DNA from: Verrucomicrobiota bacterium | GTDB lineage: Bacteria; Verrucomicrobiota; Verrucomicrobiia; Limisphaerales; UBA8199 | Assembly (NCBI GenBank): GCA_049518415.1 | Contig: JBEKRX010000071.1 | Coordinates: forward strand, 18,214-82,213 | DNA: 64,000 nt | Direction: 5' to 3' | The notes under the pieces: model-generated | What the model was told of the DNA's origin: nothing | The model's database searches: none | What the model saw: the letters and a program-made list of their open reading frames with translations, nothing else | Shown: positions 41,020 through 49,723 of the stretch, piece after piece | How the letters are laid out: every line of letters begins with the position of its first letter | Position numbering within the stretch: the first letter of the stretch is position 1 | Program-made: the position numbers and the translations under genes

Positions 41020-42513
41020 ATGAAAACAACAAGAGCCATATTCGGAGTTCTGAAAATCACCTTTGGTTTCACGGGCCGTATCTGCACTTCATCGCTTGGG
41101 CCTCTGCGGTTGCTGCTTTTGATACTGCCCGTTTGGGGAGCACAGGCCGCAGTGGTCTTCACCAGCCTTTATTCATTCACCGGCGGCGATGATGGCGTAT
41201 GTCCCACTGCCGCTCTGGTGCAAGGCAGCGACGGCAATTTCTATGGCACGACTTCCGGAGACGGTGTCGTATTCTACGGCACCGTGTTCAGAATCAGCAC
41301 CAATGGGGCGCTGACCAGTTTGTATTCTTTCACCGGCGGCAATGATGGCGCATATCCCTATGCCGCTCTGGTGCAGGGCAGCGACGGGTATTTTTATGGC
41401 ACGACTAGCTCCGGCGGCACGAATGGAGACGAGTTTAACAACGGGGGCACCGTGTTCAAAATCAACAGCAATGGGGCGCTGAGGACCCTTTATGCTTTCG
41501 GCACGATTACTAATGCGAATGGCGACTGGCTGGATGGCAACAATCCCAATGGGCTGGTGCAGGGCAGCGACCGCAATTTTTATGGCACGACTTGGCGCGG
41601 CGGCACGAACGGCTGTGGCACCGTGTTCAAAATCAGCACCAATGGGGCGCTGACGACCTTGCATTCATTCACCGGCGGCGGTGATGGCGGGTATCCCACT
41701 TATCCCACTGCCGCTCTGGTGCAGGGCAACGACGGCAATTTTTACGGCACGACTGCAGGGGGCGGCACGAACGATAATGGCACCGTGTTCAGAATGAGCA
41801 CCAATGGGGCGCTGACCAGTTTGTATTCCTTATTCAACGGCGGTGGCATTTACCCCAGTGGGCTAGTGCAGGGCAGCGATGGCTATTTCTATGGCACGAC
41901 TCGAGAGGATGAATCCCTTCTAGGCTGCGCCCTCGGCAATGGCACCGTGTTCAAAATCAGCACCAATGGGGCGTTCAGCAGTTTGTATTCGTTCGACAAC
42001 GGCACAAATGGCGCATGGCCAGAGGCCGCTCTGGTGCAGGGCAGCGACGGCAGTTTCTATGGCACGACTTCTTGCGACCGGTATAGTTGTATGGACGGTC
42101 GCTGCGGCTTTGGCACCGTGTTCAGAATCAGCACCAATGGGGCGCTGACCAGTCTGTATTGGTTCGACAAGGACAACGGCACGAATGGCGGATGGCCAGA
42201 GGCCGCTCTGGTGCAGGGCAGCGACGGCAGTTTCTATGGCACGACTTTCGCCTATGGAAATGGACCTGGCTGGGGTACCGTTTTCCGGCTGACCATTGTG
42301 CCAGACCCGCAACTTACAATCATTCCTTCCGAATCATACGTGATTTTGACGTGGCCGACCAATTACGCCGGGTTCACTTTGCAGTCCACCACAAACCTTG
42401 GTTCATCGGCGGTCTGGACTCCCGTTTCTCCGAAGCCGGTCGTCATCGGCGGGCAGACCGTAGCTATCAATACAATCTCCGGCACACAGCAGTTTTATCG
42501 GTTGAGCCGGTAA
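41020..42513 (+). CDS. secreted Gloeo/Verruco (GloVer) tandem-repeat protein with C-terminal FYRL domain (alternative starts 41008/41014)
   Basis: seven LVQG(S/N)D..FYGTT...GTVF repeats; signal LLLLILPVWGAQA; ends QQFYRLSR. Confidence 0.92.
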   Translation: MKTTRAIFGVLKITFGFTGRICTSSLGPLRLLLLILPVWGAQAAVVFTSLYSFTGGDDGVCPTAALVQGSDGNFYGTTSGDGVVFYGTVFRISTNGALTSLYSFTGGNDGAYPYAALVQGSDGYFYGTTSSGGTNGDEFNNGGTVFKINSNGALRTLYAFGTITNANGDWLDGNNPNGLVQGSDRNFYGTTWRGGTNGCGTVFKISTNGALTTLHSFTGGGDGGYPTYPTAALVQGNDGNFYGTTAGGGTNDNGTVFRMSTNGALTSLYSLFNGGGIYPSGLVQGSDGYFYGTTREDESLLGCALGNGTVFKISTNGAFSSLYSFDNGTNGAWPEAALVQGSDGSFYGTTSCDRYSCMDGRCGFGTVFRISTNGALTSLYWFDKDNGTNGGWPEAALVQGSDGSFYGTTFAYGNGPGWGTVFRLTIVPDPQLTIIPSESYVILTWPTNYAGFTLQSTTNLGSSAVWTPVSPKPVVIGGQTVAINTISGTQQFYRLSR

Positions 42514-42598
42514 TTGCCTACGGGTGGCTCCGCATAACCGGCGGCACTGAATTACCAGTCAGCAAAACTCCACTGGTCCCGAAAACCGGTGGGGCTTT

Positions 42599-42793
42599 TC
42601 ATTTAAGCAGGCGGAGCAGTTGGTTTGAACCGCGACCGATGATTTTTCCACTGGCCTCCCGTGTAACGCCTGTATCGGTTTCAAATCGTCCGAGAATGCG
42701 GCCGGTCTTGTCGCGGAGCATCTCCCGATTGCCTGACCCGGCTTCACGATAACCGATGATTTCCAATTTTCCATTGCGTATGGTTTCTCTCAT
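42599..42793 (-). CDS. small hypothetical protein (64 aa)
   Basis: ATG start; repeated R...G.I.G pattern; co-oriented with the recombinase fragment. Confidence 0.6.
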   Translation of the reverse strand: MRETIRNGKLEIIGYREAGSGNREMLRDKTGRILGRFETDTGVTREASGKIIGRGSNQLLRLLK

Positions 42794-42848
42794 AGTCGTT
42801 TTCGTTTGATGCCCGACACCGGGCAGCCGGTGTCGGGCGGGTGGTGTT

Positions 42849-43268
42849 TTAGGCGGTCTGGATTTCGAGAATGTTGCGGACGGTCGCCGGATACCAATTT
42901 TTCCCGTTGCGGGTGGCAATCCCCCTGCGGTTCAGACAATCACAGATCCCGCGGAGGGTCTGAACACCAGCGGATTTGATTTCCTCAATAACGGGAAACA
43001 CCTTGGCGGCAAACTCCACCTTGGCGGATTTGTTCGCCGTCACCATTGCGGCCAAAGCCTTTTCGGGATTTGGATTGCCAAGTTTGACGCCCTTGGCCTT
43101 GGCTGCGGCCAATCCCAAACGGGTCCGCTCTGAAATCAATTCCCTTTCCCGTTGCGCCACCAGCGCCAGTATCCCAACCGTGAAGCGGTCGGCGTTCGGG
43201 CAATCACAACAGAGGAAATCCGCTCCGCTGTTTTGGAGGCTGAGAAGAAACTCGGCGTTGCGGGCAAG
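42849..43268 (-). pseudogene. serine recombinase/resolvase, 5'-truncated
   Basis: LARN..., ALVAQRERELISERTRLGLAAAKAKGVKLGNP, LNRRGIATRNGKNW; in-frame TAG just upstream of LARN; catalytic N-terminus absent. Confidence 0.85.
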
Positions 43269-43312
43269 CTAGTTTTGGGCTTGGCCTTCACTGTCGAAAC
43301 CGATTTTCCGAG

Positions 43313-43422
43313 TCCCGATTCGGAATCGGGATTCAATTCACCTGAAAGTCCCGATTCCGAATCGGGATTGCAATCGCAGCGAAACTTGACCTGATTACAA
43401 CGAGTTTTGCCCCTCAAGAACT
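43313..43422 (+). repeat. partial family A copy with doubled palindrome
   Basis: palindromes at 43313 and 43349, then ttgcaatcgcagcgaaacttgacctgattacaa as in 3002-3034. Confidence 0.85.
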
Positions 43423-43458
43423 TTAAGGTGTGAGCCTTGAGCAGATGGCCTCCGCGGC

Positions 43459-43600
43459 GGCTGCGCCGCGCCAGGCAACCTCGAAGCCAGGGGGCGCTCT
43501 TAGAGTCTTTGGTCGCAACATCCACGCTTTTGCGTGAATGTCTTGGCATGTTTCCTTTGGAGAGGCCTGATTCTTCGGCGCGGAGCGCCGCATTTAACGC
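43459..43600 (+). repeat. repeat family B, right copy
   Basis: direct repeat of 40410-40551. Confidence 0.92.
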
Positions 43601-44856
43601 TCGAAGCGGATGGAGCGTCCGAGTTTCAAAGAGAGCAGGCTCAGTTGGATGGGCACGTCCACCTTGACGTGGTAGTTTGGATTGCAGCTCGGCTGCTGGC
43701 GCGATTTGACGGAGTCGAGCCATTCGCGTTCGTGGCCCGGAGAGGAAGGAATGGATTGGGGCGGTTCCGGGAGGTCTTTCATTTTGTCGCCCTCGGGGAC
43801 GATTTTGAACATCTCGTAGTTGGCATACATGGTCCCGTTGGCGCCGTGGAAATAGATGCCCAGGCGCCGTTGGGGCTTGGGTTCGCCGTGGAGGTCGAAG
43901 CCGTAGCTGTTGGTCAGCGAGGACATCCAGGTGAGGGTCAGGTTCGGGTACTGCCAGAGGACCTCGTGATGGTCGTAGGCATCGCCGTCGTCCTTGAGGA
44001 TGAAGCGGCCACCCGCGGCGCTGGTGTTCAAGGGGAAACCGAGGTTGAGGGCCCAGACGGGCAGGTCGATGATGTGGGGGGCCATGCCGGGGGTCCAGCC
44101 GCCGCTGTAGTCCATCCAGGAGCTGTGATAGTAGGCGTCGCGCGCCAGCATGCGGTTGAACTCGCGCAGCGGGGCCGGGCCGCACCAGAAGTTCCAGTCC
44201 AGGCCGAGGCTTTCCGGGGCCTGCTTTTGAGTGCTGGTGCCGATGCCTTGGGGGTGCTGGTTCATGACGTTGAAGGTGCGGGCGACGCCGATGGGGCCAA
44301 GGTTGCCGGAGCGGATGAATTCCACCACGCGGCGGTAGTTCTCGCCGGCGTGGATTTGGGTGCCGATCTGGCAGATGCGGTGGTGCTGGTTGACGGCGTT
44401 GCGCACGGCGAGGCTTTCGGCCAGGTGCAGCGTCATGGGTTTCTGCAAGTAAAGGTCCTTGCCGGCCTCGCAGGCGGCAATGGCCAGCAAGGTGTGCCAG
44501 TGGGGCGGCGTGGCGATGATGACGGCGTCGAGGCTGGCTTGTTGGAGCATCTGGCGGTAATCGCGGTAGCCCTTGCAAGCGGGTTTGTACTGCTCGGTGA
44601 CGGCCTCCAGGCGGGCATCCCAAACGTCGCAGGCGGCGGTGACGACGACATCTGGGTAACGGGCGCAGGTGGTGAGATTGGAGGTGCCCATGCCGCCGCA
44701 GCCGATGAGGCCAAGGTTGATGCGTTCGCTGGGCGGCGGTTGGCCCGCGCCGCCCAGGGCCGAGGCGGGAATGAGCGTGGGCGCGGCCACCGCGGCGGCG
44801 GCCGCGGCCGTGGTCTTCAGGAATTGACGGCGTGAAGTTGGAGTGAATGGATTCAT
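43594..44856 (-). CDS. Tat-exported Gfo/Idh/MocA oxidoreductase, probably C-terminally clipped
   Basis: SRRQFLK, IGCGGMG, IATPPHWH, GKDLYLQKP, LDWNFWCGPAP; stop codon lies inside repeat B. Confidence 0.92.
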   Translation of the reverse strand: MNPFTPTSRRQFLKTTAAAAAAVAAPTLIPASALGGAGQPPPSERINLGLIGCGGMGTSNLTTCARYPDVVVTAACDVWDARLEAVTEQYKPACKGYRDYRQMLQQASLDAVIIATPPHWHTLLAIAACEAGKDLYLQKPMTLHLAESLAVRNAVNQHHRICQIGTQIHAGENYRRVVEFIRSGNLGPIGVARTFNVMNQHPQGIGTSTQKQAPESLGLDWNFWCGPAPLREFNRMLARDAYYHSSWMDYSGGWTPGMAPHIIDLPVWALNLGFPLNTSAAGGRFILKDDGDAYDHHEVLWQYPNLTLTWMSSLTNSYGFDLHGEPKPQRRLGIYFHGANGTMYANYEMFKIVPEGDKMKDLPEPPQSIPSSPGHEREWLDSVKSRQQPSCNPNYHVKVDVPIQLSLLSLKLGRSIRFER

Positions 44857-45284
44857 AGCTCAATGAGGCATAAGAGTTTTCCGGGGCTGGCGCAAATCTT
44901 TTGTCGCCTGGTGGGGCAGGCGTCTCGCGTGCCAACTTTTGCCAAACTCCAGACGGCGCAAAGCGCCGCACGCCCAGGGGCGCCCCTTTGTCACCGGCGC
45001 CTCCTGGCGTCAGTGACGCCACTTACCGTCATTGAGGCAACGGGCCGTTAAGTGGAAATAAGTGGAAATAACTGAAAAAACCGCTGGCGCGCGCGGAAAC
45101 GGGCAGGAACCGGTTCCTGGCCGAGCGCGAAGCGAAGCGGCGCTGTCAGTTTGGCATTCACCTGGTGCTGGTTATAGCAGGCTTTGGGCGGGGCGCCAAA
45201 TGCTGCATTGGCTGTATTGGCTGTATTGGGACTTTTGGCGGGTTTTTGCTTGTCCGGTTCATCCGCGGACGCGATGCTAGAGCT

Positions 45285-46055
45285 ATGGCAGGGGTTAAAG
45301 TCACTGCTGAGATGATCGGCGCGATGAAAGCGCGCCAGGAGAAGATTGCCGCGCTGACCGCCTACGACTTTCCCATGACGCGGTTGCTGGATGAGGCGGG
45401 CATCCCGTTGATCCTGGTGGGCGATTCCTTGGGGATGGTCGTGCTGGGCTATCCGGACACGACGCGCGTGACGATGGCGGAGATGGAGCATCACGTGCGG
45501 GCGGCGGCCCGGGCGCAGCCGCGCGCCTTGCTGGCGGCGGACCTGCCGTACCACAGTTGCGAGACGGTGGCAGCCGCGGTGGCCAATGCGAAGCGCCTGG
45601 CGGCCGCCGGCGCTGAGGCCGTGAAGGCCGAAGGGGGCCGGCGGATTGGCGAGCAGGTTCGCGCGATTGTGGCCAGCGGCATCCCGTTCCTGGGCCACCT
45701 GGGCATGCTGCCCCAGCATGTGCTGGAGGAAGGCGGCTACCGCGTCAAAGGCAAGACGGAGCCCGAACGCCAGGACTTGCTGGCCGACGCGGACGCCCTG
45801 GTCAAGGCCGGCGCCTTCGCGGTGGTCCTGGAACTGGTGACTCCCCGCGTGGCCAAAGAGCTGACCCAGCGCGTTCCCATTCCCACCATCGGCATCGGCG
45901 CCGGGCCGGATTGCGACGGCCAAATCCTCGTGACGCCCGATTTGCTCGGGATGTTGCCCTGGTACAATCTCAAACACGTGAAACCCAAGCTCAACGCCGC
46001 CGAACAGATGCGGGCGGTCGTCAAACAGTGGATGGAAACGGTGACGAAGGGCTGA
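45285..46055 (+). CDS. panB: 3-methyl-2-oxobutanoate hydroxymethyltransferase
   Basis: LTAYD, LVGDSLGM, VKAEGG, GHLGMLPQ, TIGIGAGPDCDGQILV. Confidence 0.97.
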   Translation: MAGVKVTAEMIGAMKARQEKIAALTAYDFPMTRLLDEAGIPLILVGDSLGMVVLGYPDTTRVTMAEMEHHVRAAARAQPRALLAADLPYHSCETVAAAVANAKRLAAAGAEAVKAEGGRRIGEQVRAIVASGIPFLGHLGMLPQHVLEEGGYRVKGKTEPERQDLLADADALVKAGAFAVVLELVTPRVAKELTQRVPIPTIGIGAGPDCDGQILVTPDLLGMLPWYNLKHVKPKLNAAEQMRAVVKQWMETVTKG

Positions 46056-46060
46056 AGCCC

Positions 46061-46179
46061 GAAAACCGAAATCCGAAATCCGAAATCCGAAATCTGGAAT
46101 CTCAAATCTCAAATCTCAAATCTGAAATCCAAAGGCCGAGGTCTGAAGGCGGAGGTCCGAAGGCCGAGGTCCGAAGGCC
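46061..46179. repeat. long heptamer array filling the panB-moaC gap
   Basis: about 17 units: gaaatcc/caaatct type grading into gaaggcc/gaggtcc type. Confidence 0.9.
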
Positions 46180-46185
46180 ATCCGA

Positions 46186-46638
46186 GTGAAGAACTTGACC
46201 CATATCGATGCGCGGGGTGAGGCGAACATGGTGGACGTTTCGGCGAAGCCGGTGATGTTGCGCGCGGCGGCGGCCCGGGGAGAAATCCGCCTCCAAAAGA
46301 CCACCGTGAACCTGATCCAGTCGCAGACCATTGCCAAGGGCAACGTCCTGGCCTCGGCCCGGTTGGCGGGCATCCTGGCGGCGAAAAAGACCGGCGAACT
46401 GGTCCCGCTCTGCCATCCCCTGCCCCTGACCCATTGCGAGGTCAATTTCCAGATCCCCAAGGCGCGCGACCGCATCGTGATTATTGCCTCGGCCAAAGTC
46501 GCCGCCCAAACCGGGGTCGAAATGGAGGCGCTGACCGCGGTCAGCGTGGCGGCGCTCACGATTTACGACATGTGCAAAGCGGTCGACCAGACGATGCGAA
46601 TCGGCGGCATTAAGTTGCTGTCGAAGACGAAACGTTGA
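46186..46638 (+). CDS. moaC: cyclic pyranopterin monophosphate synthase
   Basis: MVDVSAK, LVPLCHPL, TGVEMEAL, IYDMCKAVD. Confidence 0.97.
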   Translation: MKNLTHIDARGEANMVDVSAKPVMLRAAAARGEIRLQKTTVNLIQSQTIAKGNVLASARLAGILAAKKTGELVPLCHPLPLTHCEVNFQIPKARDRIVIIASAKVAAQTGVEMEALTAVSVAALTIYDMCKAVDQTMRIGGIKLLSKTKR

Positions 46639-46827
46639 TGGTGCGTTGATTGAACGTTGAGGCGTTGCGGCGTTGCAGGGTTGAAGGGTCAGAAAAGCGG
46701 GGGGAGGCAGGTCGTAAAAGGCGCTGGAAAGTTGGCCCTCTGGCGATACCGCCGGCGCCTGTTACGTGCCAAGTCAGGCTTGACGCTTTGCGGGTTGGCG
46801 CTTTCACGTTCTAACGTTTTCACGCTT

Positions 46828-47310
46828 ATGCTGACAATTCACACAGGCATCATCACCATTTCGGACCGGGCGGCGCGTGGGGTTTACCCGGACTTAGGGG
46901 GGCCGGCGGTGAAGCAGGCGGCCGAAGGCTACGGATGGAAGGTGACGGCTGAGACGCTGGTGCCGGACGAGCGGCTCGAGATTCAGCGCGCCATTGGGCA
47001 GCAGGTTGCCGGCGGCTGCCAACTCATCCTGACGACCGGCGGCACGGGGGTGTCGCCGCGCGACCTCACGCCCGAGGCGGTGCGCGAGATGGCCGACCGC
47101 GAGTTGCCCGGCTTCGGCGAGGTCATGCGGGCGGAATCGCTCAAGACCACCCGGCACGCGATCCTCTCGCGGAGCCTGGCGGCCGTGGTGGGCGGGGCCC
47201 TGGTGATTTGCCTGCCGGGCAAGCCCAGCGGGGCGGTCGAGTGCCTCGGGTTCGTGGCCGCCGCCATCCCCCACTGCCTGGAACTGCTTGCGCCGGGGCA
47301 CCAGCACTAG
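46828..47310 (+). CDS. mog: molybdopterin adenylyltransferase (Mog/MoaB family)
   Basis: TISDRA..G.Y.DLGG, TTGGTG..PRD.TPEA, PGFGE.MR, LPGKP. Confidence 0.9.
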   Translation: MLTIHTGIITISDRAARGVYPDLGGPAVKQAAEGYGWKVTAETLVPDERLEIQRAIGQQVAGGCQLILTTGGTGVSPRDLTPEAVREMADRELPGFGEVMRAESLKTTRHAILSRSLAAVVGGALVICLPGKPSGAVECLGFVAAAIPHCLELLAPGHQH

Positions 47311-47501
47311 AGCCCCCCCAGCGCGCAGGCGGAGAGGCGGCTGGGAATCCGGGATTTGCGCGCGACGCTGGGGCGGTGGACCTGCCGTTGGGAGGCGGCG
47401 GTGACCGGTCGGGCTCGGCAGGAGTCTCGCCCGGCCAGGAGAGCGCCGCTGCGCCAAGCGGAACTTTTTGCCAGAACCGCTGTTCAAGGATAGGATTGGG
47501 C

Positions 47502-48713
47502 ATGGATTTGGATGCACTGGTGAGTCTGGCGCTGAATAACGGGGCCAGCGATTTGCACCTCGAGGCCGGGTTGCCGGCCGCGCTGCGGATTCGCGGCGCG
47601 CTCCGCACGGTGGGCGAGCCCATCGCGGGCGGAGTCCTGCTCGAAATGGCCCGGGCCGCGATCGGCGAGGAACAATGGGCGCGGTTCCTGGAGCGGCGCT
47701 CCTTCGATTTCTCAAAGACCATTCATGGCGTCCGCTGCCGGATTAACGTCCTGCAAACTTCGCACGGGGTGGGCTTTGCGATTCGACTGCTGGCCACCTT
47801 CCAGGCGACGGTGGAGAAGTTGAACTTGCATCCCGACCTCAAGAAGCTGGTCACCCCGACCCATGGCTTGGTCCTGGTCAGCGGTCCGACCGGCTGCGGC
47901 AAGTCTTCCACCCTGGCGGCGTTGATCCAGGAAATCAACCTGACCGACACGCGGCACATCGTGACCATTGAAAGCCCGATCGAGTACACCTTCCGCCCCC
48001 GCCGGGCCTACATCCGGCAGCGGGAGGTGGGGCGGGACACGCCGAGTTTCGAGCAGGCGCTGCTGGACGCCTTGCGGGAAGACCCGGACGTGCTCATGGT
48101 CGGGGAGATGCGGGACCCGGAAACTATGCGGCTGACCTTGAGCGCCTCCGAGACCGGCCATCTGGTGCTGGCCACGGTCCATTCCGCCACTTGCGCCGAG
48201 GCCCTCCAGCGCGTGGTCTCGGCCTTCCCGGCCGAGATTCAGAGCAGCGTGGCGGGGCAACTGGCCGATTGCCTGCTGGGGGTCATCTCCCAGCGGCTGC
48301 ACTTCCGGGCCGACCTGAAGATCCGCGTGCCAGAGTGCGAAATCCTCATGGCCTCGCACGCGGTCAAGAATTTCATCCGCAACCGGGATTTCTTCAAAAT
48401 CATCTCCGCCCTGGAAACCGGCGCCGAGCACGGCATGTGGACTTTCCAACGCTACCGGAACTGGCTGGACAACCGCACGAACTGGTCCATCCCCGGCCAG
48501 AGCCCCGAGGCGCCGGACAGCGAGTCGGCCGAAGCCCCGGCGCCCGCCCCGGGCCTGCCGGCCTTCCCCATCACGCCCAAGGCTGCCGGGCCGGAGAAGA
48601 GGCCCGGGCCCACGCCGTCGCTCCCGGCCCCCAAGCACCCCGCCCGGATCGAAATCGAGCCTGCCGACAGCGAGTTTGGAAGAATCCTCAAACGCCCCGG
48701 GGAGCAGTCATGA
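47502..48713 (+). CDS. pilT: PilT/PilU-family ATPase
   Basis: ASDLHL, GPTGCGKSSTLA, TIESPIEY, QREVG, ALREDPDVLMVGEMRD, ETGHLVLATVH. Confidence 0.9.
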   Translation: MDLDALVSLALNNGASDLHLEAGLPAALRIRGALRTVGEPIAGGVLLEMARAAIGEEQWARFLERRSFDFSKTIHGVRCRINVLQTSHGVGFAIRLLATFQATVEKLNLHPDLKKLVTPTHGLVLVSGPTGCGKSSTLAALIQEINLTDTRHIVTIESPIEYTFRPRRAYIRQREVGRDTPSFEQALLDALREDPDVLMVGEMRDPETMRLTLSASETGHLVLATVHSATCAEALQRVVSAFPAEIQSSVAGQLADCLLGVISQRLHFRADLKIRVPECEILMASHAVKNFIRNRDFFKIISALETGAEHGMWTFQRYRNWLDNRTNWSIPGQSPEAPDSESAEAPAPAPGLPAFPITPKAAGPEKRPGPTPSLPAPKHPARIEIEPADSEFGRILKRPGEQS

Positions 48714-49249
48714 ACTGGAGGCCAGGCAACTGGAGAAGAAACCTGACCCGAATACTTACGGGCGGGGTCAGAAGCATCCGGACATCGCCTCGACCTGAAA
48801 TCCAAACTCCGAAGGCCGCCTGCCTGCCGCGCTGCGAAATATCCAGCTTGACGGTGCGGGCCGCGGCCTTGGTTTCCCTCGCTCTCTGGCTGGCCTGTGC
48901 CCTCGCCGGCTGCGTCACCAAAGCCCAAGCCAAAGCCCAGGCCCGCGTCGCCTACCTGGCCGGCCAGCAGGAAGCCCTGACCCGTTTGCAGCAAGCCCAA
49001 GCCCAGGGACCAAGTGTCAGGATCAACGGCCCGGTCAGAAACCCGGTTGTCCCCTGGACCCGGGGGCTAACCCTGATGAAGGCCATCGTGGCCGCAGAAT
49101 ACCAAGGCGCCAGCGACCCCGCCGAGATCATCTTGCTGCACCGCGGCCTGGCCCGGCGCCTGGACGTGAAGCAACTGCTGGACGGAGAAGACGTGCCGTT
49201 GGAGCCGGGTGACGTGGTGCAGCTCGTGCCGACGCAGCCCAAGCGGTAG
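48710..49249 (+). CDS. putative lipoprotein with SLBB/beta-grasp-like C-terminus (start uncertain)
   Basis: ATGA overlap with pilT; lipobox LAGC; V.I.G.V..P and LTL..AI..A and LEPGDVV. Confidence 0.7.
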   Translation: MNWRPGNWRRNLTRILTGGVRSIRTSPRPEIQTPKAACLPRCEISSLTVRAAALVSLALWLACALAGCVTKAQAKAQARVAYLAGQQEALTRLQQAQAQGPSVRINGPVRNPVVPWTRGLTLMKAIVAAEYQGASDPAEIILLHRGLARRLDVKQLLDGEDVPLEPGDVVQLVPTQPKR

Positions 49250-49355
49250 GGAGGCCTTCCACCTGCCTGCCGGCGGGCAGGCCGCCTCGGCGGCAGCGGT
49301 GCGAAGCCCGGGGGAGTGCGCCAGGCCTGCCTTGAAAAGTTGTTAGGCTTGGAAC

Positions 49356-49723
49356 TAGAGTTATTGACCGGTAAAACTCGTTGCAATCAGGTCAAGTTTC
49401 GCTGCGATTGCAAGAGTGCGCTGAGCCAGCGCTTCTTTGAGGTGAATTGAGAATTGAGGATTGAAAAACGATCGTTGGTTATTGAAGAACGCCCGCGGAT
49501 GACGCCGCATGAACTTTCGGACTGCGGACTCAATGACCAATAACCAATACTCAATGCTCAATGCTCAATGAATCCCCCATCCCTTCCAGGGATACCACTT
49601 CGCATGAAAATGACGCTCTTGTTCCTTTGCAACGCGTCACGCGGCTATTTTCGGGGTAATCCCGATTCCGAATCCCGATTCCGAATCGGGATTCCAGAGG
49701 CGGTCTGCGGCGCAGCCTCGCTA
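49356..49723 (-). repeat. family A copy split by a ~220-bp insert carrying heptamer arms
   Basis: 49356-49450 and 49671-49723 are the two halves of family A; insert has gaattga... and caatgct... arrays. Confidence 0.85.

Larger units (their letters stand above)
40552..43312. mobile_element. small lower-GC island remnant downstream of guaA
   Basis: visibly more A/T-rich than the flanks; recombinase fragment; bracketed by direct repeats. Confidence 0.65.

Noticed and set aside
41200-42290. Repeat-spacer pattern resembling CRISPR or a DGR
   Set aside because: Repeats are in-frame protein repeats of variable length; no cas or reverse transcriptase genes; differences are not adenine-specific
43136-45022. 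628-aa minus-strand ORF
   Set aside because: Alternate frame of the oxidoreductase that runs through non-coding repeats A and B
46056-46827. Possible Moco riboswitch near moaC/mog
   Set aside because: The gaps are largely short tandem arrays; no recognisable aptamer
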